Of a DNA stretch of 17,963 bases, positions 10,662 through 17,766 are shown piece after piece; position 1 is the first letter of the stretch, and every line of letters begins with the position of its first letter. The DNA comes from Rhodospirillales bacterium (GTDB lineage: Bacteria > Pseudomonadota > Alphaproteobacteria > Bin95): contig JAYQLI010000037.1 in the NCBI GenBank assembly GCA_038143065.1, positions 1 through 17,963 on the forward strand, in the 5' to 3' direction. The translations under genes were made by a program, and so were the position numbers. The notes under the pieces were generated by a model, which worked only from the letters and a program-made list of their open reading frames with translations, was not told the DNA's origin and ran no database searches.

Positions 10662-11238
10662 ATCAACTGCTCCAAGAACATTGCAATCCAACGTTAGCAA
10701 TTAATATTTTTAATTGGTAGAAATTTACTTTCCTAACGAGAACTACACCATCTTAAACAATGCCAACCTTAACCTATCTGTTGAAATTTAATGTCCTGTT
10801 TTTGGGCAAACTCTTTTTCGCACTCCTTTTTTTAGGGAGTATAATGAATAGAGCACGCCAAGTTTTTGGCAACGGTTGGATGTAGCAACAGAGTATCTCA
10901 ACGGAAATTACATTGCTGCACTTTATCTGTTGCTAATGATCGTAGCGATAATCAGCAAGATCTGAACTCGTTTGGAAAACTTCAAAAACTGTTCAAAGTC
11001 TGGATGCCCTTTTCAACAAACCCATGATGACTTGCTTCATCTTGGGTGGAAATTGGGAGCGCCAACCAAGGGTTATCTTTTTCCAATTTACTGTTTGTTG
11101 CAAGAGCAGGTTTTAATGGATTTCTTGTTTTCACTGAAAAATTGAGTTTTAGAATTCTCAACCCCCTCTGACTTCATTTTGATATAACCCATACCAGAAC
11201 AGTCAAAGCGCACTGGTCGGTGATTGCTCGAGGTTTAA

Positions 11239-11769
11239 TCACCACAAATCTGGTTTAGATAGTGCAGAGACACACTCAAACTGGATTGGTTGTTCTGGAA
11301 CAGGAGTGTCATCCAACATCATACCTGTCCAACCAAATGGATATTGCAATGTGTATGGCGGCAGGAATGAGTGTCCAATCTCTTCTTTGAACCCAAACCG
11401 TCCATAGTAGGCAGGGATCTCCATAAACCATTAGAACACCAACACCATCTTGGGTGAGCATATCTATTCCAGATTGATGAGGTTTGAACCAACACCTTGT
11501 TTCTGATGTTCTGGAGACACAGCAAGTGGAGCAAGAATATATCCAAGATACTAGAGTCAGATTTCAAGAAAGATTGGACTGTAGGACACATAACCAATTA
11601 CTTGATTATCAACTTCAGCAACTAATGACTTGATTGAGGGACTGGTGGTTTCTTGATGGAGTTCTTGAACAAGGTTCATGATGACTTTGTTCTCTTCATC
11701 AGAAAACGCAGTTTCAATAACCTTTAGGATTGAGTCCAAATCTGTTTCTTGAGCAAGTCTAATATCCAT
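11239..11769 (-). CDS. GNAT N-acetyltransferase (YhbS-like), frameshifted as read
   Basis: MDIRLAQETDLDSI, SLVAEVDNQVIGYVSYSPI, LAPLAVSPEHQKQGVGSNLI (acetyl-CoA motif), PAYYGRFGF. Confidence 0.88.
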
Positions 11770-11797
11770 AATCAATCTATAACTTAATTCTGAATCC

Positions 11798-11835
11798 TCA
11801 TCCACCTGTGGTGGATGAATGCACCGAAGGTGCAT
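11798..11835. repeat. Two abutting perfect hairpins with 3-nt loops
   Basis: TCATCCACC-TGT-GGTGGATGA (11798-11818) immediately followed by ATGCACC-GAA-GGTGCAT (11819-11835). Confidence 0.75.
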
Positions 11836-11908
11836 GGTCCAGATTGAAATGAAATCAAGATAAGGACTAGCGAACAAAGTAATCCTTATTCATCACTTAC
11901 ATAGTAAT

Positions 11909-12325
11909 TTATAAGGATTGTTGGACATTTTGGACAGTCCAACCAAAATAATTTACCTCATGTTCAGTGAAGAGTTTCTTCAACTCATCTTGGTTAGATT
12001 TCTTCTCTTCAATTTTGGATATTGATTTTGGTGCAACAAACTGAACCTGTCTCAATCCAACACCTTCATCCTTGCAAAGAGTTGTTTTGGATAGAACTGG
12101 TGTCTGAAATCATCTTCTTCATTCACCTCATTGCATCTCTCAATCATCTTCCTCAGCGTCCAGTGTGGGAATGGTTTACCTTGTTGATTGGTTAAACCTC
12201 TGCGATTGAGTGCATCAGCAAGTTCTTCAAAATCAGAAATTGGTTCAGCATCTGGATTGTCAAAATGTTCAGTGAGGATAGACACCATCTCTCTGAATAT
12301 CTTTTTATACTTGTTTCTTGTTCAT
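11909..12325 (-). CDS. Small putative DNA-binding protein next to the right att region; probably frameshifted, ends approximate
   Basis: FEELADALNRRGLTNQQGKPFPHWTLRKM resembles the 'IAxxLNxxGxxTxxGxxW' winged-helix motif of recombinase-associated domains. An alternative frame continues VGLRQVQFVAPK...QQSL* to 11909. Confidence 0.55.
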
Positions 12326-12449
12326 TTCTTCATCTCGTTAAAAACAGATAAGAAAGACAGCGGCAGCGTATTCTTTCAAACCTTCTTCAATTCTATTTAT
12401 GTGTCCATTGATTTTGATATGAAGAATGTGGGTTTTACGCACTCAGAAC

Positions 12450-12472
12450 TTTGACACAGATTTGACACAGTA
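12450..12472 (+). repeat. Tandem arm-type integrase site, right copy
   Basis: TTTGACACAGATTTGACACAGTA, identical to 7035-7057, 65 bp before the tRNA fragment. Confidence 0.85.
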
Positions 12473-12537
12473 GACCATTCAGATATACTGAATCAGAGAG
12501 AAAAAATCTGTGAAAAAATAAGCGTTTTCAATATATT

Positions 12538-12599
12538 GCTGGATAGAGCACAGACTACGAATCTGGGGGTCGGGAGTTCGAATCTTCCCGAGCGCGCCA
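12538..12599 (+). tRNA. 5'-truncated tRNA-Arg(ACG), att-site copy
   Basis: GCTGGATAGAGCA-CAGA-CTACGAA-TCTGG-GGGTC-GGGAGTTCGAATCTTCC-CGAGCGCGCCA: anticodon ACG at 12557-12559, T-arm and CCA present. The 5' acceptor strand and 5' D-stem strand are replaced by TTTTCAATATATT. Confidence 0.88.
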
Positions 12600-12671
12600 T
12601 TTTCCATTCTGACACCCGCAGAAAATAACGCGTTTCAGCCTGTTCGCTTCATCGCGGGCGTACAAATGGTC
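12583..12671 (+). repeat. Left arm of ~90-bp inverted repeat (tRNA 3' end + 59 bp + part of arm site)
   Basis: 12583-12658 matches the reverse complement of 14346-14421 at 75/76 positions. ACAAATGGTC (12662-12671) matches 14332-14341 in reverse. Confidence 0.93.
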
Positions 12672-12678
12672 GTACATT

Positions 12679-13822
12679 ATGACGAAGGTATCTGCGCCTT
12701 ACCTATACCGGAAACGCGGTATTTACTATCTTCAGAAACGCATCCCAAAGCCTCTGATCCCAAAATATGGGCGATCAATTCTCCAGCGGTCGCTTCGAAC
12801 AACTAATCGGGCTGACGCGGTTAGGCTGTCCAGTTCCATCGTCTCTTCACTTGAGCGTGAATGGCAAGCTTTACTTTTCGATATACCAAACACGTCTGCT
12901 TCCGCTTTTTATCACCTGACATCAGGGCAGCAGCACGAGCCATTGCTAACAGAAGCAATGCAGCTTTATCTGAAAGATGGCGGGAAGGATCTGGATTTCA
13001 GATTATGCCAAGCCACAAACACGGTCATAAAAAGTGTTGTTAGTTTGGTTGGCGATAAAACGTTATCAGCATACTCACGAAACGATGCGCTCCGGTTTAG
13101 AGACACATTGGTCGCCAGAGGCGTCTCTCAAGCAACAGTCAAACGTCATTTTGCACGCCTCAGAGCTATATGGAATTTTAGCGCTCGGGAACACGGCATC
13201 ATGACAACCAACCCATTTGCGAATATGAACCTTGGAGGCGGTAAGGTGCCGAGGAAGCGGCGCCCAATTCCAACTGAGAGCATCTTCAACATACAAACAC
13301 TATGTAGCGAGATCGACGATGACATGCGCTGGATTGTTGCCACTATATCAGATAGTGGAATGCGGCTCGCAGAGGTAATAGGCCTTCAAAAGGATGATCT
13401 GAGCCTTGATGTTGAGATACCGTTTTTGCGGCTCTCAGAGCATCCGTGGAGGCGCTAAAAACATCAACCAGCAAGCGTGATGTACCCCTAGTTGGCGCGG
13501 CTCTGTGGGGTTTAAAAAGGGCTTTAGATGAGGCAGAAGGCCCACTGCTTTTTCCGCGCTATTGCATCTTAGAAAACAACAAGGCCAATTATGCCAGCGG
13601 TGCGTTAAACAAGTGGCTAAAAGCATATGTGCCTGATGGTTGTGTTGTGCATTCGTTCAGACATAGTTTGCGAGACAGGTTGCGAGCAGCAGAATGTCCA
13701 AGTGACATAATCGATCAAATTGGGGCTGGCAGACAGCTGGTATTGGGCAGCGTTATGGCAAAGGGTATGAGTTAGATATACTCCATAATTGGCTTAAAAA
13801 AGGCTGTAAGCAATCATACTAA
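12679..13822 (+). CDS. int: Tyrosine recombinase/integrase with DUF6538-like N-terminus; two frameshifts as read (about 13455 and 13725)
   Basis: YLYRKRGIYYLQKRIPK...SLRT, DSGMRLAEVIGL, LKTSTSKRDVPL, HSFRHSLRDRLR, reframed WQTAGIGQRYGKGY. The R-K-HxxR-W-Y set is complete. Confidence 0.92.
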
Positions 13823-13945
13823 TTTTGCTTGACGCCCTGCCCTACAAAAAAAATTATGCAATCGCTTTGTTGAGTGCTTTCAACTTTGTCACACTTCTGC
13901 AACACTACCATCGCATATTAAAATAGAAAACAACAGGAGTTAGTA

Positions 13946-14330
13946 ATGGGCTTTGATGTTGGGAATACAACTTTTGGGTTCACAATGCGCGTACCCGATG
14001 CGGACGTAGCAAGCTGTAGACGATCTTATTGCTTCGCACGCTGCTTGATGGGAGAAACGCACTCGTTAACAGGTGAAGACGGTAAGCTTCACACACTCGA
14101 ATATTATGTATCTAAAGCTGCTGAGCTAAACGATATGATGGACCCCTTCAAAAGGTACAACCGGGAACGTCGTGTACACGGTTAGCGAAGTTCATAAAGC
14201 CCTCAACGAGCATTTTGGAAAGCATGTTGAGCTGGGACAAAGTTGGGACCGGATAGGCGAATTCTTCGGTTTGTTCGAAAAATACAGCCCACTGGTGACT
14301 ATGGCCGGAAGGGTTACAGCTAAACTCTAA
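13946..14330 (+). CDS. Hypothetical protein, possibly dimeric alpha-beta barrel fold; frameshifted as read
   Basis: AGGAG RBS. Reframed it reads MGFDVGNTTFGFTMRVP...DLIASHAA...ETHSL...YYVSKAAELNDMMDP(S)KGTTGNVVYTVSEVH...KHVELGQSWDRIGEF...GRVTAKL*. Confidence 0.6.
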
Positions 14331-14331
14331 A

Positions 14332-14421
14332 GACCATTTGTGCTTCCCGCGATGAAGCGAACAGGCCGAAACGCGTTATTTTCTGCGGGTGTCAGAATGG
14401 AAAATGGCGCGCTCGGGAAGA
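14332..14421 (-). repeat. Right arm of the inverted repeat, containing the last 17 nt of tRNA-Arg on the minus strand
   Basis: TGGCGCGCTCGGGAAGA (14405-14421) is the reverse complement of TCTTCCCGAGCGCGCCA. Confidence 0.93.
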
Positions 14422-14487
14422 GAATTTGCCACCGCGTTGGCCTGAAACCTTAATGATTCTGCCACCTACTGACTGCTCGGCAAGTCG

Positions 14488-14510
14488 AATGTACGACCAT
14501 TTGTACGACC
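14488..14510 (-). repeat. Tandem arm-type site of integrase 2, outside the right inverted repeat
   Basis: AATGTACGACCATTTGTACG (14488-14507) is the exact reverse complement of 12659-12678; 12-bp period. Confidence 0.85.
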
Positions 14511-14802
14511 GCAGCGCCCTGATCCGCCGATACCCCCCCATTGAAATCACGGGCGGGAGCGCTTTGTATTACGCATGATCGCATCAGGAGCAGCCAAGCT
14601 TTGACGCAATATAATAGGGCCGCCCATAACCTGATATATATCATATATATCACTTATTATATGAATGGATGGCCTAGAATAGGTCGGTGTCAGCGAGTGT
14701 GTAATTGCCGTTTGGGACGCGGGTTGTCGCTGAGATTTGTGATGTCAAAAAGCAGCTTACCGTATAAGCTAAAGCCGAAAATGATTAATGAAAGGATTGG
14801 AG

Positions 14803-15603
14803 ATGGAGTTCAATACAGCTTTCGGATTTGTTCCTATTGATAAGCGCAGAACCATCTCAAAGCCTCGCAAATCCGGTATTACAATGGTGTCGGACTATCA
14901 ATTGGGGTTGGCGTCTCTGTCTGACCTTATTGAAGTCGCTGGCCATTATATTGACTTATTCAAAATTGCCACTGGCACATCCCGGCTTTTTGAGAAAACT
15001 CATTTGCAGGCCAAAATTGAAATGCTACGAGCTAACGACATTAGGCCCTTTCTTGGAGGTCAATTTCAAGAATATGTCCTTCACACAATGGGCGTTGATG
15101 CAATGCCGCGACATTTCAGTGAAGCGCAGGCTCTCGGGTTCGATATCATAGAAATTTCTGACAATATGGTTCAACTTGGCCAAGGTTTGAGGCAACAACT
15201 CTTTGATATGGTTCGCGATCAGGGCATGACCCCTGTGGGAGAAATCGGCGACAAGCGGGAAAGCTCCTCGATATTGTCAATCATCGACGAGGTGAATGAG
15301 GTTTTGGATCTGGGCGCAGAGTTTGCCCTAATCGAAGCAGCTGAGTTGATGCACGGAGGTGTGCCAAATGAGGAGTTGATTTTAGCTATTCGGCAAAATG
15401 TTGATATTACCCGCTGTATCTTTGAACTCGCAACGCCTCGAGTTGGGAGTACGACGGTTCAAATTTATGCAGGAAAAAAATTCCTTGTAAAGACGTTTGG
15501 CCCAGATGTGAATTTGGGCAACGTGACACCCGATGTGATAATAGAGACTGAAACAACCCGTCTCGGCTTGGGATCTGCTGGGCCTCTCGACTTCCTAAAA
15601 TAA
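14803..15603 (+). CDS. comA: Phosphosulfolactate synthase (ComA family)
   Basis: KPRKSGITMVSD, AGHYIDLFKIATGTSRL, LGFDIIEISDN, PVGEIG, ALIEAAE, IFELA, FGPDVNLGNV, ETTRLGLG. Intact ORF; an alternative start is at 14788. Confidence 0.85.
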   Translation: MEFNTAFGFVPIDKRRTISKPRKSGITMVSDYQLGLASLSDLIEVAGHYIDLFKIATGTSRLFEKTHLQAKIEMLRANDIRPFLGGQFQEYVLHTMGVDAMPRHFSEAQALGFDIIEISDNMVQLGQGLRQQLFDMVRDQGMTPVGEIGDKRESSSILSIIDEVNEVLDLGAEFALIEAAELMHGGVPNEELILAIRQNVDITRCIFELATPRVGSTTVQIYAGKKFLVKTFGPDVNLGNVTPDVIIETETTRLGLGSAGPLDFLK

Positions 15604-15665
15604 AAATAACATTTAGCACTAGTAGAAAAGTAGCCAAACACTGACTTGGCACTTCAGCTTTACCC

Positions 15666-15989
15666 TCAAGTTTGCGTTTCATTGCGCTTGGCAAGCATGC
15701 TCTTGTTTACCGCCCTAAGGACGTCCAAATAGCTGCCCTCAGCGCCAGTAACCACTTCCACCTTCGCCTTCCCCCAACCGCGGTCTACGAGCGCCTGAGC
15801 AGCGGTTCCCCGTACACGTTCATCCTTGCCGTCACGCATCAACTCAACCAGCGTGTCGATAGCCTCAAGCGTATAGGAGCGAGCTAACTCAGCGACACGG
15901 TGTTCGTCCTTTGGACGGCCTCCGGGATTGCCTGATTGACCGGGTGCGAATTGGCCTGATCTAAGCCGAGCTTTTTGAATGGTTTGCAT
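15666..15989 (-). CDS. DUF5681-type protein (GQSGNPxGRP), terminase-small-subunit-like
   Basis: GQFAPGQSGNPGGRPK...LARSYTLEAIDTLVELM...RVRGTAAQALVDRGWGKA, a motif set typical of phage-associated DUF5681 proteins. Confidence 0.7.
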   Translation of the reverse strand: MQTIQKARLRSGQFAPGQSGNPGGRPKDEHRVAELARSYTLEAIDTLVELMRDGKDERVRGTAAQALVDRGWGKAKVEVVTGAEGSYLDVLRAVNKSMLAKRNETQT

Positions 15990-16075
15990 AGGGGGATTAT
16001 AGCATTGGTGAATGATGGTGGTAAGGCCACCTAATGAGTCACACAATGACCCCATACCAGCCATAAACCTGTCAT

Positions 16076-16153
16076 AATACGGGTTCAGTGTTAACTGTGA
16101 ACCTAACGTATTTCCTCCCTAAACTCGGCCAGCCTTTGCGCTGGCCTTATTTT
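16076..16153 (+). ncRNA. Candidate small RNA: hairpin, anti-SD tract and intrinsic terminator
   Basis: AATACG-GGTTCA...TGAACC-taa-CGTATT stem, then TCCTCCCT, then GGCCAGC-CTTTGC-GCTGGCC-TTATTTT. Confidence 0.35.
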
Positions 16154-16160
16154 GTGGCAG
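16127..16160 (+). terminator. Intrinsic terminator, direct-repeat copy 1
   Basis: GGCCAGCCTTTGCGCTGGCCTTATTTTGTGGCAG, a 7-bp GC stem plus T tract; identical at 16540-16573. Confidence 0.8.
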
Positions 16161-16189
16161 AATTTTTAGGAACAAAAAAGGAGAGCAAA

Positions 16190-16513
16190 ATGAAGTTTTT
16201 ATTTTTAGGCAATTACTCGAATGCTGGCCTTGCTGGATTTTTGAAAAATCCCGAAGATGATAGGCGCGCAGCAATTTCTGCAATGGTTGAAAAATCAGGT
16301 GGCGAATTTATCGACCTACAGTTTCTCAGGGGAAAATACGACATCGCAGTTGTTGCTGAGGTCTCAAGCTTCGAGGATGCTGCAGCGGTTAAAGTCCTTG
16401 TAGCGGCATCAGGGGCTTTAGACAGGCTGGAGATGATGGAATACATCGATATGAATGATATTGCCACTCGAGCGAGCAAGATAACCGGAGCATATCGTGC
16501 GCCGGGGGGATAA
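16190..16513 (+). CDS. GYD-domain protein
   Basis: MKFLFLGNYSNAG...DRRAAI...EKSGGE...RGKYDIAVVAE...AASGA...AYRAPGG; AAGGAG RBS. Confidence 0.85.
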   Translation: MKFLFLGNYSNAGLAGFLKNPEDDRRAAISAMVEKSGGEFIDLQFLRGKYDIAVVAEVSSFEDAAAVKVLVAASGALDRLEMMEYIDMNDIATRASKITGAYRAPGG

Positions 16514-16539
16514 GATTTGATAACACGGCACGCTTTAAT

Positions 16540-16573
16540 GGCCAGCCTTTGCGCTGGCCTTATTTTGTGGCAG
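16540..16573 (+). terminator. Intrinsic terminator, direct-repeat copy 2
   Basis: 34/34 identical to 16127-16160; similarity continues a further 17 bp with 4 mismatches. Confidence 0.8.
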
Positions 16574-16583
16574 GGTTTTTACG

Positions 16584-16748
16584 ATCAAAACTGACAATCT
16601 AGAAAAGCAGGTTAAGTTGTTGAATGTTCTAGTCGATGGGTGCAGGAAGCATCCCGCGTACAGAGCTATCCGCCCCGCTACAGGCCGTTGCAAGCCTTGT
16701 GTTGATATGTGGCAGGCAAGACAAGAGCTGAAAAAGCTAAACAAATGA
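16584..16748 (+). CDS. Small Cys/His protein, possible Zn-binding; start uncertain
   Basis: Open frame IKTDNLEKQVKLLNVLVDGCRKHPAYRAIRPATGRCKPCVDMWQARQELKKLNK* (CxxH...CxxC). The stop overlaps the next ATG (ATGA). No in-frame ATG at the 5' end. Confidence 0.5.
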   Translation: MKTDNLEKQVKLLNVLVDGCRKHPAYRAIRPATGRCKPCVDMWQARQELKKLNK

Positions 16749-17068
16749 CCCGCACCCTACTCACAGCCATATTCCTGACCCTGTTCAGCCAAACGGCTTG
16801 GGGCGATAGAAATTACCAAATCTTGGATTTGAGGTTTTCTATATCTGACGGGTTTGATGGCCGTAAGCTCAGTTGGCCATCGCAGTTTAACTATCACGCA
16901 TTTTATCTAGAGCCGTATATTTACAATTCTATAGAAGCTTGTACAGCCGTACTGGCTAGGCGCAGGAATGCCGGAGAATTTAAAGGATACCGAATTCAAT
17001 TAAATGAAACAGGGACTAATGGCTCCTTTCCAGACACATATTGGAGTGATGAATTTGGTATGAGGTAG
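16745..17068 (+). CDS. Exported hypothetical protein
   Basis: Signal peptide MTRTLLTAIFLTLFSQTAWG. Confidence 0.65.
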   Translation: MTRTLLTAIFLTLFSQTAWGDRNYQILDLRFSISDGFDGRKLSWPSQFNYHAFYLEPYIYNSIEACTAVLARRRNAGEFKGYRIQLNETGTNGSFPDTYWSDEFGMR

Positions 17069-17122
17069 TAAAATGCGTAACCCCTGAATATCCACCCCCT
17101 CGTGGCAAACGATGAAGTCATT

Positions 17123-17461
17123 ATGACCCGCTTCCTTCTCCCATTGATACTCCTTATCCTGTTCAGTCAGCCCGCGTGGACGGCAATTGCAGACGAGCAA
17201 AAAGCCTGTTACCTAATAGCTGACCAGCGTGATTGGGGAGGCTTAAGACTTGGGGCAGCGGAAAGCTATCTTGAAGCTGCAACAGCCTGCCACAAAGGCG
17301 ACCACTTAACAGTCGCTGAAATACCAGTCCGGCAAGCTGGTTACTTCATCATCGAGGCCTGCGACCCAGCATTTGCAATAACAACGCTGCACATATCAGA
17401 TATTCTGGTCAGCATTACTTGTGTGAAATCTAACTACAAAGAATTACGGCAAGGTAACTGA
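17123..17461 (+). CDS. Exported Cys-containing hypothetical protein
   Basis: Signal peptide MTRFLLPLILLILFSQPAWT(A); four Cys in the mature part. Confidence 0.65.
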   Translation: MTRFLLPLILLILFSQPAWTAIADEQKACYLIADQRDWGGLRLGAAESYLEAATACHKGDHLTVAEIPVRQAGYFIIEACDPAFAITTLHISDILVSITCVKSNYKELRQGN

Positions 17462-17766
17462 TGGAAACCAACCGCTTCAAGCAGAAACTATATGATGAAT
17501 TTGACGCCAACTGTTACAAAGTGTTTGGCGTGAGCGGCACGCGGGTACACGAAGTTCTTAGTGAACGTGGCGATGACTTGTATGAATTGTTTGAGCAGGC
17601 CTTTGACCACGGCGGCGCGGCATTTATGCGCCTCAAAATGTTGATGTCAATCGCGACACTTGAGACGGTATATTATGAAACCAAGATTGGCAAAGAGTTG
17701 TCTGAAGAAGAAATGGATGAAACCACGTGTTCCCATTGGGTGCGTCATGCATTCGTTCCGACATAG
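17461..17766 (+). CDS. Acidic hypothetical protein whose 3' end runs into an integrase remnant
   Basis: TGATG coupling with the upstream gene. The last ~18 codons overlap the integrase remnant out of frame. Confidence 0.55.
   Translation: METNRFKQKLYDEFDANCYKVFGVSGTRVHEVLSERGDDLYELFEQAFDHGGAAFMRLKMLMSIATLETVYYETKIGKELSEEEMDETTCSHWVRHAFVPT

Larger units (their letters stand above)
7035..12599. mobile_element. Integrative element 1 (tRNA-Arg-associated, about 5.5 kb): integrase, small genes, R-M system, GNAT
   Basis: Integrase at the left end, an identical 23-bp tandem repeat at both ends, a tRNA 3' fragment at the right end, and visibly lower GC than the ABC cluster. Confidence 0.8.
12583..14421. 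mobile_element. Element 2: integrase plus one cargo gene between inverted tRNA-derived att-like sites
   Basis: The inverted repeats bound exactly two genes: the integrase ATG is 7 bp inside the left arm and the cargo stop is 1 bp from the right arm. Confidence 0.7.

Noticed and set aside
11921-11942. TTGGACA tandem and TTGGAC-A-GTCCAA palindrome as an extra arm site
   Set aside because: Only loosely similar to TTTGACACA and it lies within a probable coding frame.
7000-12500. Avoidance of CGWCG as support for nuclease specificity
   Set aside because: Few sites are expected in an AT-rich 5.5 kb stretch, so scarcity is uninformative without statistics.
1-14330. Mass pseudogenisation or programmed frameshifting suggested by the many broken ORFs
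   Set aside because: Single-base indels affect nearly every gene regardless of function, often in homopolymers, while motifs stay intact. Uncorrected long-read error is the simpler explanation.
14601-14615. TTGACG and TATAAT-like hexamers as a sigma70 promoter
   Set aside because: They are only a few bases apart, far from the required ~17-bp spacing.
14541-14840. ORFs 14541-14840 (+) and 14450-14653 (-)
   Set aside because: No RBS or motifs, and they run through arm sites and an AT palindrome, so the region is more likely noncoding.
7035-16573. CRISPR array or integron attC array
   Set aside because: Each repeat occurs only about twice with no regular spacers, there are no cas genes, I saw no attC-like structure, and neither integrase looks like IntI.
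14425-17108. Recurring GTGGCA(G) as a shufflon-like recombination site
   Set aside because: Only 6-7 bp long. The copy at 16709 is explained by the codons for MWQA, and two others belong to the terminator repeat.
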